This document shows, in pieces, positions 1-8,682 of a stretch of DNA of 64,000 nt; the first letter of the stretch is position 1, and the number at the start of each line of letters is the position of its first letter. Made by a program: the position numbers and the translations under genes. Where the stretch lies: NCBI GenBank assembly GCA_963707215.1, contig CAVPPB010000003.1:544001-608000 (forward strand), in the 5' to 3' direction. This DNA is from an uncultured Chloroflexia bacterium (GTDB taxonomy: Bacteria; Chloroflexota; Limnocylindria; Limnocylindrales; CSP1-4). The notes beneath the pieces were generated by a model. That model was given only the letters and a program-made list of their open reading frames with translations. It did no database searches and was not told the DNA's origin.

Positions 1-1967
1 ATGTCGTCCGCGCGGGGCAGGCTCGGTGGCAGGTGGAGCTCCCAGAGTCGACGGCGGTCACCCTCCTCGGGCATCGGGAAGTCGACGATCACGTCGAGGC
101 GACGCAGGAACGCTTCGTCGAGGTTGGCGCGGAGGTTGGTCGTCAGCACGGCCAGCCCGTCGAAGCGCTCCATCCGCTGGAGGAGGTAGGCGATCTCGAC
201 GTTGGCGTATCGGTCGCGGGCATCCTTGACCTCGGAGCGCTTGCCGAAGATCGCGTCGGCTTCGTCGAACAGGAGGACCCCGTTGATCCGATCGGCCTCG
301 GCGAAGATGCGGTCCAGGTTCTTCTCCGTCTCGCCGATGTACTTGTCCACGACCGTGGCCAGGTCGATGACGTAGAGATCGAGCCCGAGGGCCGCTGCCA
401 CGACCTCGGCCGAGAGGGTCTTGCCGGTCCCGGAGTCCCCGGCGAAGAGGGCCGTCACGCCGCTCCCACGGCCGCCGGACCCGGCCAGGCCCCAGCCGTT
501 CAGCACCCGCTCGCGATGGCGGACGCGGGCGGTCAGCTCGTGGAGCTGGCTCAGGGGGTCGGGCGGCAGGACGAGGCCGGTCCAAGCGGCTGTCGCCTGG
601 ACCCGCCGCGCAAGGCGCTCGAGGCCGCCGGCATTCTGTGCTCGGGCACCGGCGGTGAGGTCCGATGCGACGAGCGGTCGCCGCTCGCTCGATGCCGCCC
701 GCCGGGCCGCGATCGCTGCCCGGCGGATCTGCTCGGGATCGAGGCGGAAGCCGGCCGTCGCGGCCACCGGGTCGAGGTCTGCGACCGCCGCGGCGCCGCC
801 AGCCCGAGGCTCGTCATCGGGCGGTCCGATGTCGGCTCCGAGGGCGATGTCCCAGGCGGCGCGGCGCTCGGGCTCCGCCAACAGTGGGACCTCAACGACC
901 AGCGGCACCTCGCGGGACCAGCCGGGATCCCAGCCGCGTGTCCCGATGAGGACCACCTGGCAGGGAGCCTCGGCGAACGCCCGGACGGCGGCGGCGCCGC
1001 GCTCGGCCAGCGGATCGAGGGGCCCGGCCAGGACGACGGCGCCGCGGAGACGAGCCTCCCGGATCACCTCGGCCGCGATGACCGCCGGGTCGTCGCCGCC
1101 GAGTCGCTCCAGGTCGATGCCGAGGGCGGGCTGTCCGACTCCTCGGATGGCCGCGGCGGCGAAGGCGAGCCCGGCCGATCCGGGCCGCTCCCGGAGATAG
1201 CACAGCGGCGTGCCGTCCTCGAGCGACCGGGCCAGCGACTCCGTCCCGTCCGGGCCGGTCGGGCTCGCCTCGAGGGCCAGGGCCTGGAGCTCGGGCTCCG
1301 GCCGATCGTCGCCCAGGAGGTGCGCAGTGACCCGGTCGGGCACTCGCAGGGCCCGGGTAAGGAACGGTCGTGACGGCTCCTCGACGATGACCAGGCCGCC
1401 GCTCACGAGAACCGCTCCGGGGGCGAGCCGTCGTCGTCCGTCCAGGCCACCCGGCGGATCGCCGGCCAGCTCGAGCGCGAGGCCCGCGCTGGCCCGCCGG
1501 CGCGACACGTCGTCGTGGAGGTACGCGTAGAGGCGCTCAAAGCGAGCATCGAGGTCAGGGGCGATCGCCACCAGCAGGATCAGCGTGTCGGCCTCGTCGA
1601 GCCCGAAGGACCGGGCCAGGCGGCGCAGCCGAAGATCGGCGCCACTCCCTTCCGCGTCGGCGGCGCGGGCGTCGAGCCGGGCTCGAGCAGCGGTCGTGTC
1701 AACCGGGTCCGCGTCCGCGGTCCGGGCGGGCCCCTCGAGCAGTTCGTCCACCTGGGCGTCGGAGATGTAGAGCCCCCGGAAGCGGTCGTCGGGCTCTGCG
1801 TCGGCCGCCCGGCGACGGTCGACGGCGGCACGGACCCGGGCCTCGACCAGCGCGACGTGTCCGTACAGGTCGGCCAGCGACGGGTCGTGGCCGGCCGCGG
1901 CGCGCTCCAGGGCCCGCTCCGCGCCAGAGGTCCGGCCGTCCTGGTCGGTGCTCGCGAAGGCGGCCAC
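1..1967 (-). CDS. CIS-associated AAA+ ATPase (Afp15/Pvc15-like), 3' end runs off the window
   Basis: Hand translation (not in the ORF track because it has no stop). GTG start at 1967, N-terminal DDRFRGLYISD, Walker A GDSGTGKT, VVDKYIGETEKNL, Walker B LLFDEAD, RYANVEIAYLLQRME, NLDEAFLRR. The start codon and the edge residues are in the same frame. Confidence 0.93.
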   Translation of the reverse strand, partial: MAAFASTDQDGRTSGAERALERAAAGHDPSLADLYGHVALVEARVRAAVDRRRAADAEPDDRFRGLYISDAQVDELLEGPARTADADPVDTTAARARLDARAADAEGSGADLRLRRLARSFGLDEADTLILLVAIAPDLDARFERLYAYLHDDVSRRRASAGLALELAGDPPGGLDGRRRLAPGAVLVSGGLVIVEEPSRPFLTRALRVPDRVTAHLLGDDRPEPELQALALEASPTGPDGTESLARSLEDGTPLCYLRERPGSAGLAFAAAAIRGVGQPALGIDLERLGGDDPAVIAAEVIREARLRGAVVLAGPLDPLAERGAAAVRAFAEAPCQVVLIGTRGWDPGWSREVPLVVEVPLLAEPERRAAWDIALGADIGPPDDEPRAGGAAAVADLDPVAATAGFRLDPEQIRRAAIAARRAASSERRPLVASDLTAGARAQNAGGLERLARRVQATAAWTGLVLPPDPLSQLHELTARVRHRERVLNGWGLAGSGGRGSGVTALFAGDSGTGKTLSAEVVAAALGLDLYVIDLATVVDKYIGETEKNLDRIFAEADRINGVLLFDEADAIFGKRSEVKDARDRYANVEIAYLLQRMERFDGLAVLTTNLRANLDEAFLRRLDVIVDFPMPEEGDRRRLWELHLPPSLPRADD

Positions 1968-1969
1968 GG

Positions 1970-2845
1970 TCAGGGCCGCGAGATCCCGCGGACACGGACG
2001 ATGCGACCCTCGCCGAACCCAGCGATGTCCGGGGGCGTGCCGGCGACCGGCGGCTCGGCGTCGGCGTCCCTGGTGCCCTTCGTTCGGCGTCGTCGCCCCC
2101 CGGCCGCCTCGTGAGCCGTGGGCGATCCGTCGGTCGTGGTCGGGTGCCGCAAGCCGGTCGCGCCGCCCTGGACGATCTCCTCCTGGAGGGCCGCGTCGCC
2201 GGGCCCGAGCCGTCGAGCTGCCCGACGAGACGGTCGGCCGTGGTCGGAGCCGATCCGCTCGGACGCTCCGTCGGGGGAACCGATCCCGAGCATCGGGCCC
2301 TCGAGGACCGGCGCCGCGACCTCGGCGGTGACGTCCGGGTCGAGCGGCGCGATGGCGATCAGGTCGAGTGACGGCTTCAGCTCCCCGCCGAGCGCCGACC
2401 ACACGTCGGCGACGGAGCGGTCCTGGGGTGGGGGCTGACCGACCAGCAGGTAGACGGGGTATGGGGCGTCAGCGAGGGCCCCGCCAACCAGTTCGACCGG
2501 GATGAACTCGTGACGTACGAGGGTGGCGAGACATGCCGCGAGGAGGCGGTGCTCGTCCTCCGGACGCTGGGTCCATGCCGTGATCAGGTACGACAGCCGG
2601 AAGCGACGTGCCGGCCGGCGTCGTCCGCCGACCAGGCCGGTGGCCGGGTCCCGGACGTCCTCGCGGGCGATCTCGCGGCGGGGCAGGTCCTCACGGATGT
2701 CGTACAGGTACAGGTCGATCGTCGGCGCGTTGCGGCGCGCGACCCACTCCTTGGTCGGTGCATCGAACTGCAGCTCGACCCGGGAGCCGTCGAGCGCCTC
2801 GCGCCGGATGAGGGCCTCGAGCGCCGAATCCACGTCCGGGATCAT
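1970..2845 (-). CDS. Pvc16/DUF4255-family CIS cap/terminator protein
   Basis: MIPDVDSAL...FDAPTKEW..RRNAPTIDLYLYDIRED...LSYLITAW...EDEHRLL...WSALGGELKPSLDL. Lies next to the ATPase in a CIS locus. Confidence 0.85.
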   Translation of the reverse strand: MIPDVDSALEALIRREALDGSRVELQFDAPTKEWVARRNAPTIDLYLYDIREDLPRREIAREDVRDPATGLVGGRRRPARRFRLSYLITAWTQRPEDEHRLLAACLATLVRHEFIPVELVGGALADAPYPVYLLVGQPPPQDRSVADVWSALGGELKPSLDLIAIAPLDPDVTAEVAAPVLEGPMLGIGSPDGASERIGSDHGRPSRRAARRLGPGDAALQEEIVQGGATGLRHPTTTDGSPTAHEAAGGRRRRTKGTRDADAEPPVAGTPPDIAGFGEGRIVRVRGISRP

Positions 2846-3024
2846 CGCGTCCAGTCTCGTCCACGGCCCGGAGACGGGACCCTGGCCGGCGGGCAGCCGA
2901 TGGGGCCGCCGAGGCTGCCCGAACGGGCCAGGCCGGTCGCCCTCTCGCCCGTCCGGCAGGTCCTTGTCGTGCCTCGGCGGCGGTGGGAGCCTCGACCCGT
3001 ACGCACACCGCAAGGAGTCGTCAC

Positions 3025-4541
3025 ATGCCGAACTACCTGTCACCCGGCGTCTACGTGGAGGAGGTGCAGGCCGGATCACGACCCATCGAGGGTGTCGGGA
3101 CCGCGGTCGCGGCATTCGTCGGCCTCGCCGAGCAGGGCCCCTTCAACGAGCCGCGCCTCGTCACCAACTGGGGTCAGTTCACCGGCACCTTCGGCGAGTT
3201 CATCGAGGGGTCGTACCTCGCCCACGCTGTCTACGGGTACTTCCTCAACGGCGGTGGGGCGTGCTACGTCGTCCGCGTCGGCGCTGACGGCTCGATGCCC
3301 GTCGCGCGAGCGGAGCTGCCTTCGGACAAGGATCCAGCGACCGCCGCCATGCGGGTCGTCGCCCTGGAGCCCGGGCCCGCGGGCAACGACATCTCGGTCG
3401 AGGTGGCCGAGGCGAGCGAACCCGGCGAGGGCGTCTTCAAGCTCATCGTCAAGCAGGACGGCAAGCCCGTCGAGACATTCGACAACGTGACGACCGGCCG
3501 CGGCAAGCAGAGCGTCGCCACTGTCGTCAAGACCCAGTCCAAGCTGATCACGCTCGAGGAGGTCGGCAGCGTGGCCCCGGCGGTCGGCGCCAAGATGGCC
3601 CTCGCCGGGGGAGCGACGAGCGTTCCGGCCACGGTCAGCCCCGACGACTACGTCGGCAACGCCGCCGACCGGACCGGCTTCGCCGGCCTCGAGGCGATCG
3701 ACGAGGTCACGATGCTCTGCGTCCCCGACCTCATGGCCGTCTACGAGCAGGGCGGGATCGACCTGGAAGGTGTCCAGGCGGTCCAGATGGCCACGATCGC
3801 GCACTGCGAGCTGATGGGCGACCGGGTCGCCATCCTCGATGCCCCGCCCGGCCTGAACGCCATGCAGATCAAGGAGTGGCGCGAGGAGAAGGCCGGCTAC
3901 GACTCGAAGTACGCCGCCCTGTACTGGCCGTGGATCAAGGTCTTCGATCCGCTCGCTGGACAGGCCCGGTTCGTCCCGCCGTCGGGCCACATGGCCGGGA
4001 TCTGGGCGCGCAGCGATGACGATCGGGGCGTCCACAAGGCCCCGGCGAACGAGGCCGTCCGCGGCGCGATCTCACTGGAGCTCCAGATCACGAAGAGCGA
4101 GCACGACCAGCTCAACCCATCCGGGATCAACGCGATCCGATCCTTCCCCGGCCGCGGCATCCGCGTCTGGGGTGCCCGGACGCTGTCGTCCGACCCGGCC
4201 TGGCGCTACCTCAATGTGCGGCGGCTCTTCAACTACGTCGAGGAGTCCGATCCTCGAGGGGACGCAGTGGGTCGTCTTCGAGCCCAACGACCTGCGCCTC
4301 TGGGAACGGGTCAAGCGGACCATAAACGCATTCCTGCTCGGCGTGTGGCGGGATGGGGCGCTCTTCGGGGCCACGCCCAACGAAGCGTTCTACGTCAAGT
4401 GCGACGCCGAGACCAACCCACCCGACGTCGGTCGACCGCGGTCAGCTCGTCGTCGAGGTCGGGATCGCTCCGGTCAAGCCGGCCGAGTTCGTGATCTTCC
4501 GGATCGCGCAGTTCTCGGGCGGGGCCGCGCTGAGCGAGTAG
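3025..4541 (+). CDS. Contractile tail sheath protein, interrupted by two +1 frameshifts (about 4247 and about 4421-4431)
   Basis: MPNYLSPGVYVEEV..GSRPIEGVGT, YAALYWPW, PPSGHMAG, RGVHKAPAN, IRVWGARTLS, WRYLNVRRL. Continues in shifted frames as ILEGTQWVVFEPND and VEVGIAPVKPAEFVIFRI. AAGGAG RBS. Removing 2 bases gives a 504-aa ORF. Confidence 0.92.
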
Positions 4542-4581
4542 TCACGACGGTCGAGCCGACCCAGGGAAGGAGAGGCGGTCC

Positions 4582-5037
4582 ATGGCACGAGGTCTTCCGA
4601 GCCTGCCGAACGATGCGATCGGCGGCGCCAACTTCGCCCTCGAATGCGACGGCATCGAGATCAGCCAGTTCCAGGAGGTGACGGGCATCTCGCAGGAGCG
4701 AGAGGTCACCACGGTCAAAGAGAACGGGCCCGACGGCCAGCTCCTCATCAAGCAGCTGCCCGGACCACCCAAGCCGCCGACGATCACCCTCAAGCGGGCG
4801 GCCAACATGGACAAGGCGATCGCCGACTGGTACGAGGAGGCGCGGACCAAGATCGGATCGGCCCGGCGCAACGGCTCGGTCATCGCCTACGACTTCGAGT
4901 ACAACGAGGTGGCCCGCTGGAACTTCCTCGCCGGGTGGCCATCGAAGCTCGAGATCACCGGTCTCAAGGCCGCGGCCAATGAGCCCGCCATCGAGACGCT
5001 GACCATCACGGCGGAGTACATCGAGCGGGTGAAGTGA
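4582..5037 (+). CDS. Major tail tube protein (T4 gp19/Afp1-like)
   Basis: FQEVTGIS, ITLKRA, RRNGSVIAYD...VARWNFLAGWPSK...AIETLTI; follows the sheath gene; GGAAGGAGAGG RBS. Confidence 0.92.
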   Translation: MARGLPSLPNDAIGGANFALECDGIEISQFQEVTGISQEREVTTVKENGPDGQLLIKQLPGPPKPPTITLKRAANMDKAIADWYEEARTKIGSARRNGSVIAYDFEYNEVARWNFLAGWPSKLEITGLKAAANEPAIETLTITAEYIERVK

Positions 5038-5038
5038 C

Positions 5039-5446
5039 ATGCTCACGGCCGATGCTCCGGCCGCCGCGACGGCCGGGCTGACGACCGAGTTCCCGTTCGT
5101 CCTGCCGCGGGGCTTCGTCGATGACGAGGGGATCGTCCATCGGGACGGCACCATGCGTCTCGCGACCGCTCGCGACGAGATCCTGCCGCAGCGGGACCGC
5201 CGGGTCCAGGAGAACTCGGCCTACCTGACGGTCCTGCTGCTGTCCCGGGTCGTGACCCGGCTCGGCTCGGTCACCCAAGTGACCCCGGCCACGATCGAGA
5301 ACCTGTTCGCGTCGGACCTGGCCTTCCTCCAGGACCTCTATCGGCGCATCAACGCGGAGGGAACGAGCCAGGCGGCTGTCACCTGCCCGTCCTGCAAGCA
5401 CGAGTTCGCGATCGACCTGGCGGGTGGTCCGCCGGGGGGATCGTGA
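5039..5446 (+). CDS. Tail assembly chaperone-like protein (P2 gpE/lambda gpG position)
   Basis: TEFPFVLPRGFVD..G..HRDGTMRLATARDEI...LLSRVVTRLG...IENLFASDLAFLQDLYRRIN and a C-terminal CPSC; directly after the tube gene. Confidence 0.8.
   Translation: MLTADAPAAATAGLTTEFPFVLPRGFVDDEGIVHRDGTMRLATARDEILPQRDRRVQENSAYLTVLLLSRVVTRLGSVTQVTPATIENLFASDLAFLQDLYRRINAEGTSQAAVTCPSCKHEFAIDLAGGPPGGS
5434..5440 (+). promoter_or_regulatory. Candidate -1 programmed ribosomal frameshift heptamer G_GGG_GGA
   Basis: CCG GGG GGA TCG TGA in frame 0; the -1 frame reads GGG GGG ATC GTG ACG TAC into the 5443 ORF with no stop. Fits X_XXY_YYZ phasing. Confidence 0.5.
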
Positions 5447-5598
5447 CGTACGCGCCTGAGCGGCTCCTCGAGGAGGTCGCGTACGTCGCCTACCACCTGC
5501 ACTGGCCCCTCGAGGAGCTCCTCGACCTGGAGCACCCGGACCGCCGCCGCTTCATCGAGGAGATCGACCGGCTGAACCGACGAGCCGAGGAGGACTGA
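5443..5598 (+). CDS. Small CIS protein (DUF6760-like; resembles P2 GpE' segment), 51 aa
   Basis: Hand translation MTYAPERLLEEVAYVAYHLHWPLEELLDLEHPDRRRFIEEIDRLNRRAEED*. GTGA overlap with the upstream stop, in the -1 frame. Below the ORF-track size cutoff. Confidence 0.8.
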   Translation: MTYAPERLLEEVAYVAYHLHWPLEELLDLEHPDRRRFIEEIDRLNRRAEED

Positions 5599-5606
5599 TC
5601 GAGGCC

Positions 5607-7526
5607 ATGGACCTGGCTGGGATCTGGCATCGGCTCGTCGGCGGCGAGACCCCGCCTGCCGCCGCGGTCGAGCGACCGGCGGGCGACTCTTGGCGCCGCC
5701 TCGAGCCCATCCGGCCGGTGAGCCGACCGCCGCAGCTCGTCGGGCAGCGCCGCCTCCATGCCTCCGACCTGCCGTCGGTGCCGCCGCTCCGGACGGCGCT
5801 CCAGCCGCTCGGCCACGCCCGCTCGCTGGAGGTCCCCCCGGGCCTCGCCGAGGGGCTGGCCCGGCCAGCGGTCCTCGAGCCGGGCGAGCCGCTGCCCGCC
5901 TCGGTCGGATCCGCCGAGCCCTCGCGGGCCGTGGCAGCCGGGCACGCGACCCGCTGGTCGAGCGCCGTGGGGTCGACTGCCGAGCCCGTCGCAACGGCAG
6001 AGCCGTCGGTCGGACCAGAGGACCGGCCCGGACCCCCGGTCGGCGACGGCCCCGCCGCCCTCACGGTCGCCTCGGCTGGGTCGGTCCGCGAGCTGGAACG
6101 ACCGGTCGGCTTCATCGGCCATCCGAGGACGCCTGCGCCCGTCGCGGCGGCGTCGGCCGGGTCCGCCGCCGGCGCCCCCGCCGACCCGGAGGTGATCCCG
6201 GTCGCGGGGGCTGCGACGTCCGCCGACACGCGCGCTGACGCGTCCGTGCCGTCGCCGGACCCGGCAGCGGCTGCGGCGGCGCCGACCACCCGGGGCCGAG
6301 CTGGCCAGGCGAGCGTGCGAGCGGCCACTGCCGGAGCCGCGACCGTCCAGGAGAACCGGTCCGTGACCGAGCCGGCCAGCGCTGCGAAACGGGCTGCCCC
6401 CGGAGCGTCGGGAGCGCAGCCCGGCCCGACCGTCCGGCCCCGCCGGATCCGCATCGGGCTGCCGCTCGGGACCTCGCTCGAGTCGGTCGCAGCGACGGCT
6501 GCCTCGCCCGAGCCGGTCGCCCGCGCCACCGGTGGCGCCGTCCAGCGGCGGGCCGACCTGCCGGAGGTGCCCAGCCTCCGATGGACCGATCCGGGGCGGA
6601 CCATCGCCCCGCCGGAGCTCGAGGTCGTCCGGGGCCGCCTGCTGACAGTCGGCCCCGGCGTCATCAGGCCGCTCGTCGGCGGCCTCACCCCGACGATCGA
6701 CGGCCCGGCGGGCGGTGCACCGGACGCGGAGGGTGGGGCGCCCGACGAGGCGACCGAGCAGTCTCGTCCGCTCGAGGTCATCGGCATGCGCTTCGATCTC
6801 CCTGGGGTCGAAGGCTCCGCAGACCCGGCGACCGCAGCGGTCCGCCCAGGGGTAGCTGGGTGGTCGACCGGGGCCGGCTCTCGGCCAGCGGCTCTCATCG
6901 CTACCTCGACGTCGCAGACCACCCGACCATCCACCGCTGGCACCGGGCCGTTCGCCGGTGGGCCGGGCCCGACGACCGGCGGTGCCAGCAGCCAGCGGTC
7001 GGCCTCGCCTGGGCCGGACCCGATCAGACCACTCGCGGCGGCCGGGCTCCGGCGCTCGCCGGCCGGCCCAGGGCCGCGCCCGGTCCCGTCAACGACGCCT
7101 TTGGCGCCCCGGTCCCGCGCGAGTTCCGTGCGTGTCGGACCAGCGCTCACGGACCGACACGGGACGGCCTCCGTGCCGCCGGTCTCGGCGGGCAGCGCGC
7201 CCGGGACCGGGTCCCCGAGCGAGGTCACCGCGATCACCGGACAGCGTCGGATCGACGGTCCGATCGGGTCGGTCGAGGGTCACGGCGCAGCGGCGGTCGC
7301 GGACCGGACCACGCCTGTCGAGCCACCGGAGACACCGGTCCAGCGGCGCGACGGAGCGGACGCCGGGACGACGCTCTCGGCCGGCTCGGACGCCGGGCAG
7401 CCCGGCTCGGACAGCGAGCTCGACGCACTGGCCGGACGGCTCTACGAGCGGATGCGGCTGCGGCTGCGGTCGGAGCTCTTGGTGGATCGCGAGCGGGCAG
7501 GCGTCCTCATCGACACGGGGCGGTGA
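5607..7526 (+). CDS. Ala/Pro-rich low-complexity CIS protein in the tape-measure gene position
   Basis: 639-aa ORF between the chaperone genes and tube 2. N-terminal WRRLEPIRP..LQPLGHARS motif and C-terminal helix ELDALAGRLYERMRLRLRSELLVDRERAG. Confidence 0.7.
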   Translation: MDLAGIWHRLVGGETPPAAAVERPAGDSWRRLEPIRPVSRPPQLVGQRRLHASDLPSVPPLRTALQPLGHARSLEVPPGLAEGLARPAVLEPGEPLPASVGSAEPSRAVAAGHATRWSSAVGSTAEPVATAEPSVGPEDRPGPPVGDGPAALTVASAGSVRELERPVGFIGHPRTPAPVAAASAGSAAGAPADPEVIPVAGAATSADTRADASVPSPDPAAAAAAPTTRGRAGQASVRAATAGAATVQENRSVTEPASAAKRAAPGASGAQPGPTVRPRRIRIGLPLGTSLESVAATAASPEPVARATGGAVQRRADLPEVPSLRWTDPGRTIAPPELEVVRGRLLTVGPGVIRPLVGGLTPTIDGPAGGAPDAEGGAPDEATEQSRPLEVIGMRFDLPGVEGSADPATAAVRPGVAGWSTGAGSRPAALIATSTSQTTRPSTAGTGPFAGGPGPTTGGASSQRSASPGPDPIRPLAAAGLRRSPAGPGPRPVPSTTPLAPRSRASSVRVGPALTDRHGTASVPPVSAGSAPGTGSPSEVTAITGQRRIDGPIGSVEGHGAAAVADRTTPVEPPETPVQRRDGADAGTTLSAGSDAGQPGSDSELDALAGRLYERMRLRLRSELLVDRERAGVLIDTGR

Positions 7527-7547
7527 GGGAGGCAGCGGAGGACGACG

Positions 7548-7982
7548 ATGAGCGGGACGGCCGTCTCGACCCGGTTCTTGGTCGAGATCAACGGGACGGA
7601 GGAGGACTGGTCCCTCGGCGAGTGGAACAAGGTCGAGGGGATCGCCGTCGAACGCGACGTCCACGAGCAGCGCGAGGGCGGCCAGAACGACTTCGTCCAC
7701 CGGCTGCCGGGACGGGCCAAGTACCAGAACGTCAAGCTCAGCCGCCCCATCACCCAGGCGACCGCCGACGTGGCCGCCTGGGTGTCGCGGGTCCGAACCA
7801 TCGACCGGGCTACCACCGCCACGATCACCGTGCTCGACTCGGAGGGCGAGGAGGTCACCGCCTGGACGCTCCAGGCCGTCTTCCCGGCCCGATGGACCGG
7901 ACCGACCCTCGAGTCGGGAGCCAACCAGGTGGCCATCGAGGTCCTCGAGCTGGCTCACCACGGCTTCCTGCCGAGCGCCTGA
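7548..7982 (+). CDS. Second tail tube protein (gp19-like, Afp5-type)
   Basis: REGGQNDFVHRLPGRAKYQNVKLSRP...WTLQAVFPARWTGPTL...VAIEVLELAHHGF. Confidence 0.9.
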   Translation: MSGTAVSTRFLVEINGTEEDWSLGEWNKVEGIAVERDVHEQREGGQNDFVHRLPGRAKYQNVKLSRPITQATADVAAWVSRVRTIDRATTATITVLDSEGEEVTAWTLQAVFPARWTGPTLESGANQVAIEVLELAHHGFLPSA

Positions 7983-7985
7983 GCC

Positions 7986-8672
7986 ATGGGCGAGACGGCG
8001 CTCGAGCGCGCGTTCCTCCGGGTCGTCGAGGGTGACGTCCCGGTGACGGAGATCGAGTTCCAGTTCAACCCGGCCGAGTACACGGTCACGAAGAGCTCGA
8101 ACTGGACCCGGCCCCGGATGAAGGGCGGGAAGAAGACGGGCAAGCCGGAGTTCAACGGCTCGAACCCGCAGACACTCCAGATGGAGATCTTCCTTGACCA
8201 GTCAGCCGGCGGCGTGGACGGCGTCCAGGCGGCCGTCGCCACCCTCCTGACCTGGGTCCTCCCCACCCCGTCCTCGGTCGCCAAGAAGAAGCCGCAGCCA
8301 CCGCTCTGCGTCTTCGAGTGGGGGCACAACGTCGCTCTTGTCGGCTTCCGGGCCTATCTCAAGCAGGTCAACGCCAAGTACCTGATGTTCGACCAGGACG
8401 GCAACCCGACCCGGGCGACGGCGACGATCACGCTCGAGGAGGCGCCGGTCGAGCCCGCCAAGCAGAACCCCACGTCGGGCGCGATCCGGGGCCGCCGGAG
8501 CCATCTGCTGATCGAGGGCGAGGATCTCGCCGGGCTGGCCTGGCGCGAGTACGACGACCCGGGGCTGTGGCGCGGCATCGCCGCCTTCAACGGCATCGAC
8601 GACCCACTCCGGGTGCGGCCGGGTACGCGGATCCTCATCCCGACCGCCGACGAAGCCCGGCGGCTGGCGTAG
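7986..8672 (+). CDS. CIS tube initiator with C-terminal LysM-like domain (Afp7-like)
   Basis: FQFNPAEY, FEWG, YLMFDQDGNPTRATATITLEE, QNPTSG, LAGLAWREYDDPGLWRGIAAFNGIDDP. Confidence 0.9.
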   Translation: MGETALERAFLRVVEGDVPVTEIEFQFNPAEYTVTKSSNWTRPRMKGGKKTGKPEFNGSNPQTLQMEIFLDQSAGGVDGVQAAVATLLTWVLPTPSSVAKKKPQPPLCVFEWGHNVALVGFRAYLKQVNAKYLMFDQDGNPTRATATITLEEAPVEPAKQNPTSGAIRGRRSHLLIEGEDLAGLAWREYDDPGLWRGIAAFNGIDDPLRVRPGTRILIPTADEARRLA

Positions 8673-8682
8673 GACGGGCGCG

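Noticed and set aside
33-1373. 446-aa plus-strand ORF and many other long antisense ORFs (e.g. 10174-12618, 20702-23113, 29620-33123, 57424-60510)
   Set aside because: Shadow ORFs opposite real genes, expected in stop-poor GC-rich DNA; the family motifs are on the other strand or frame.
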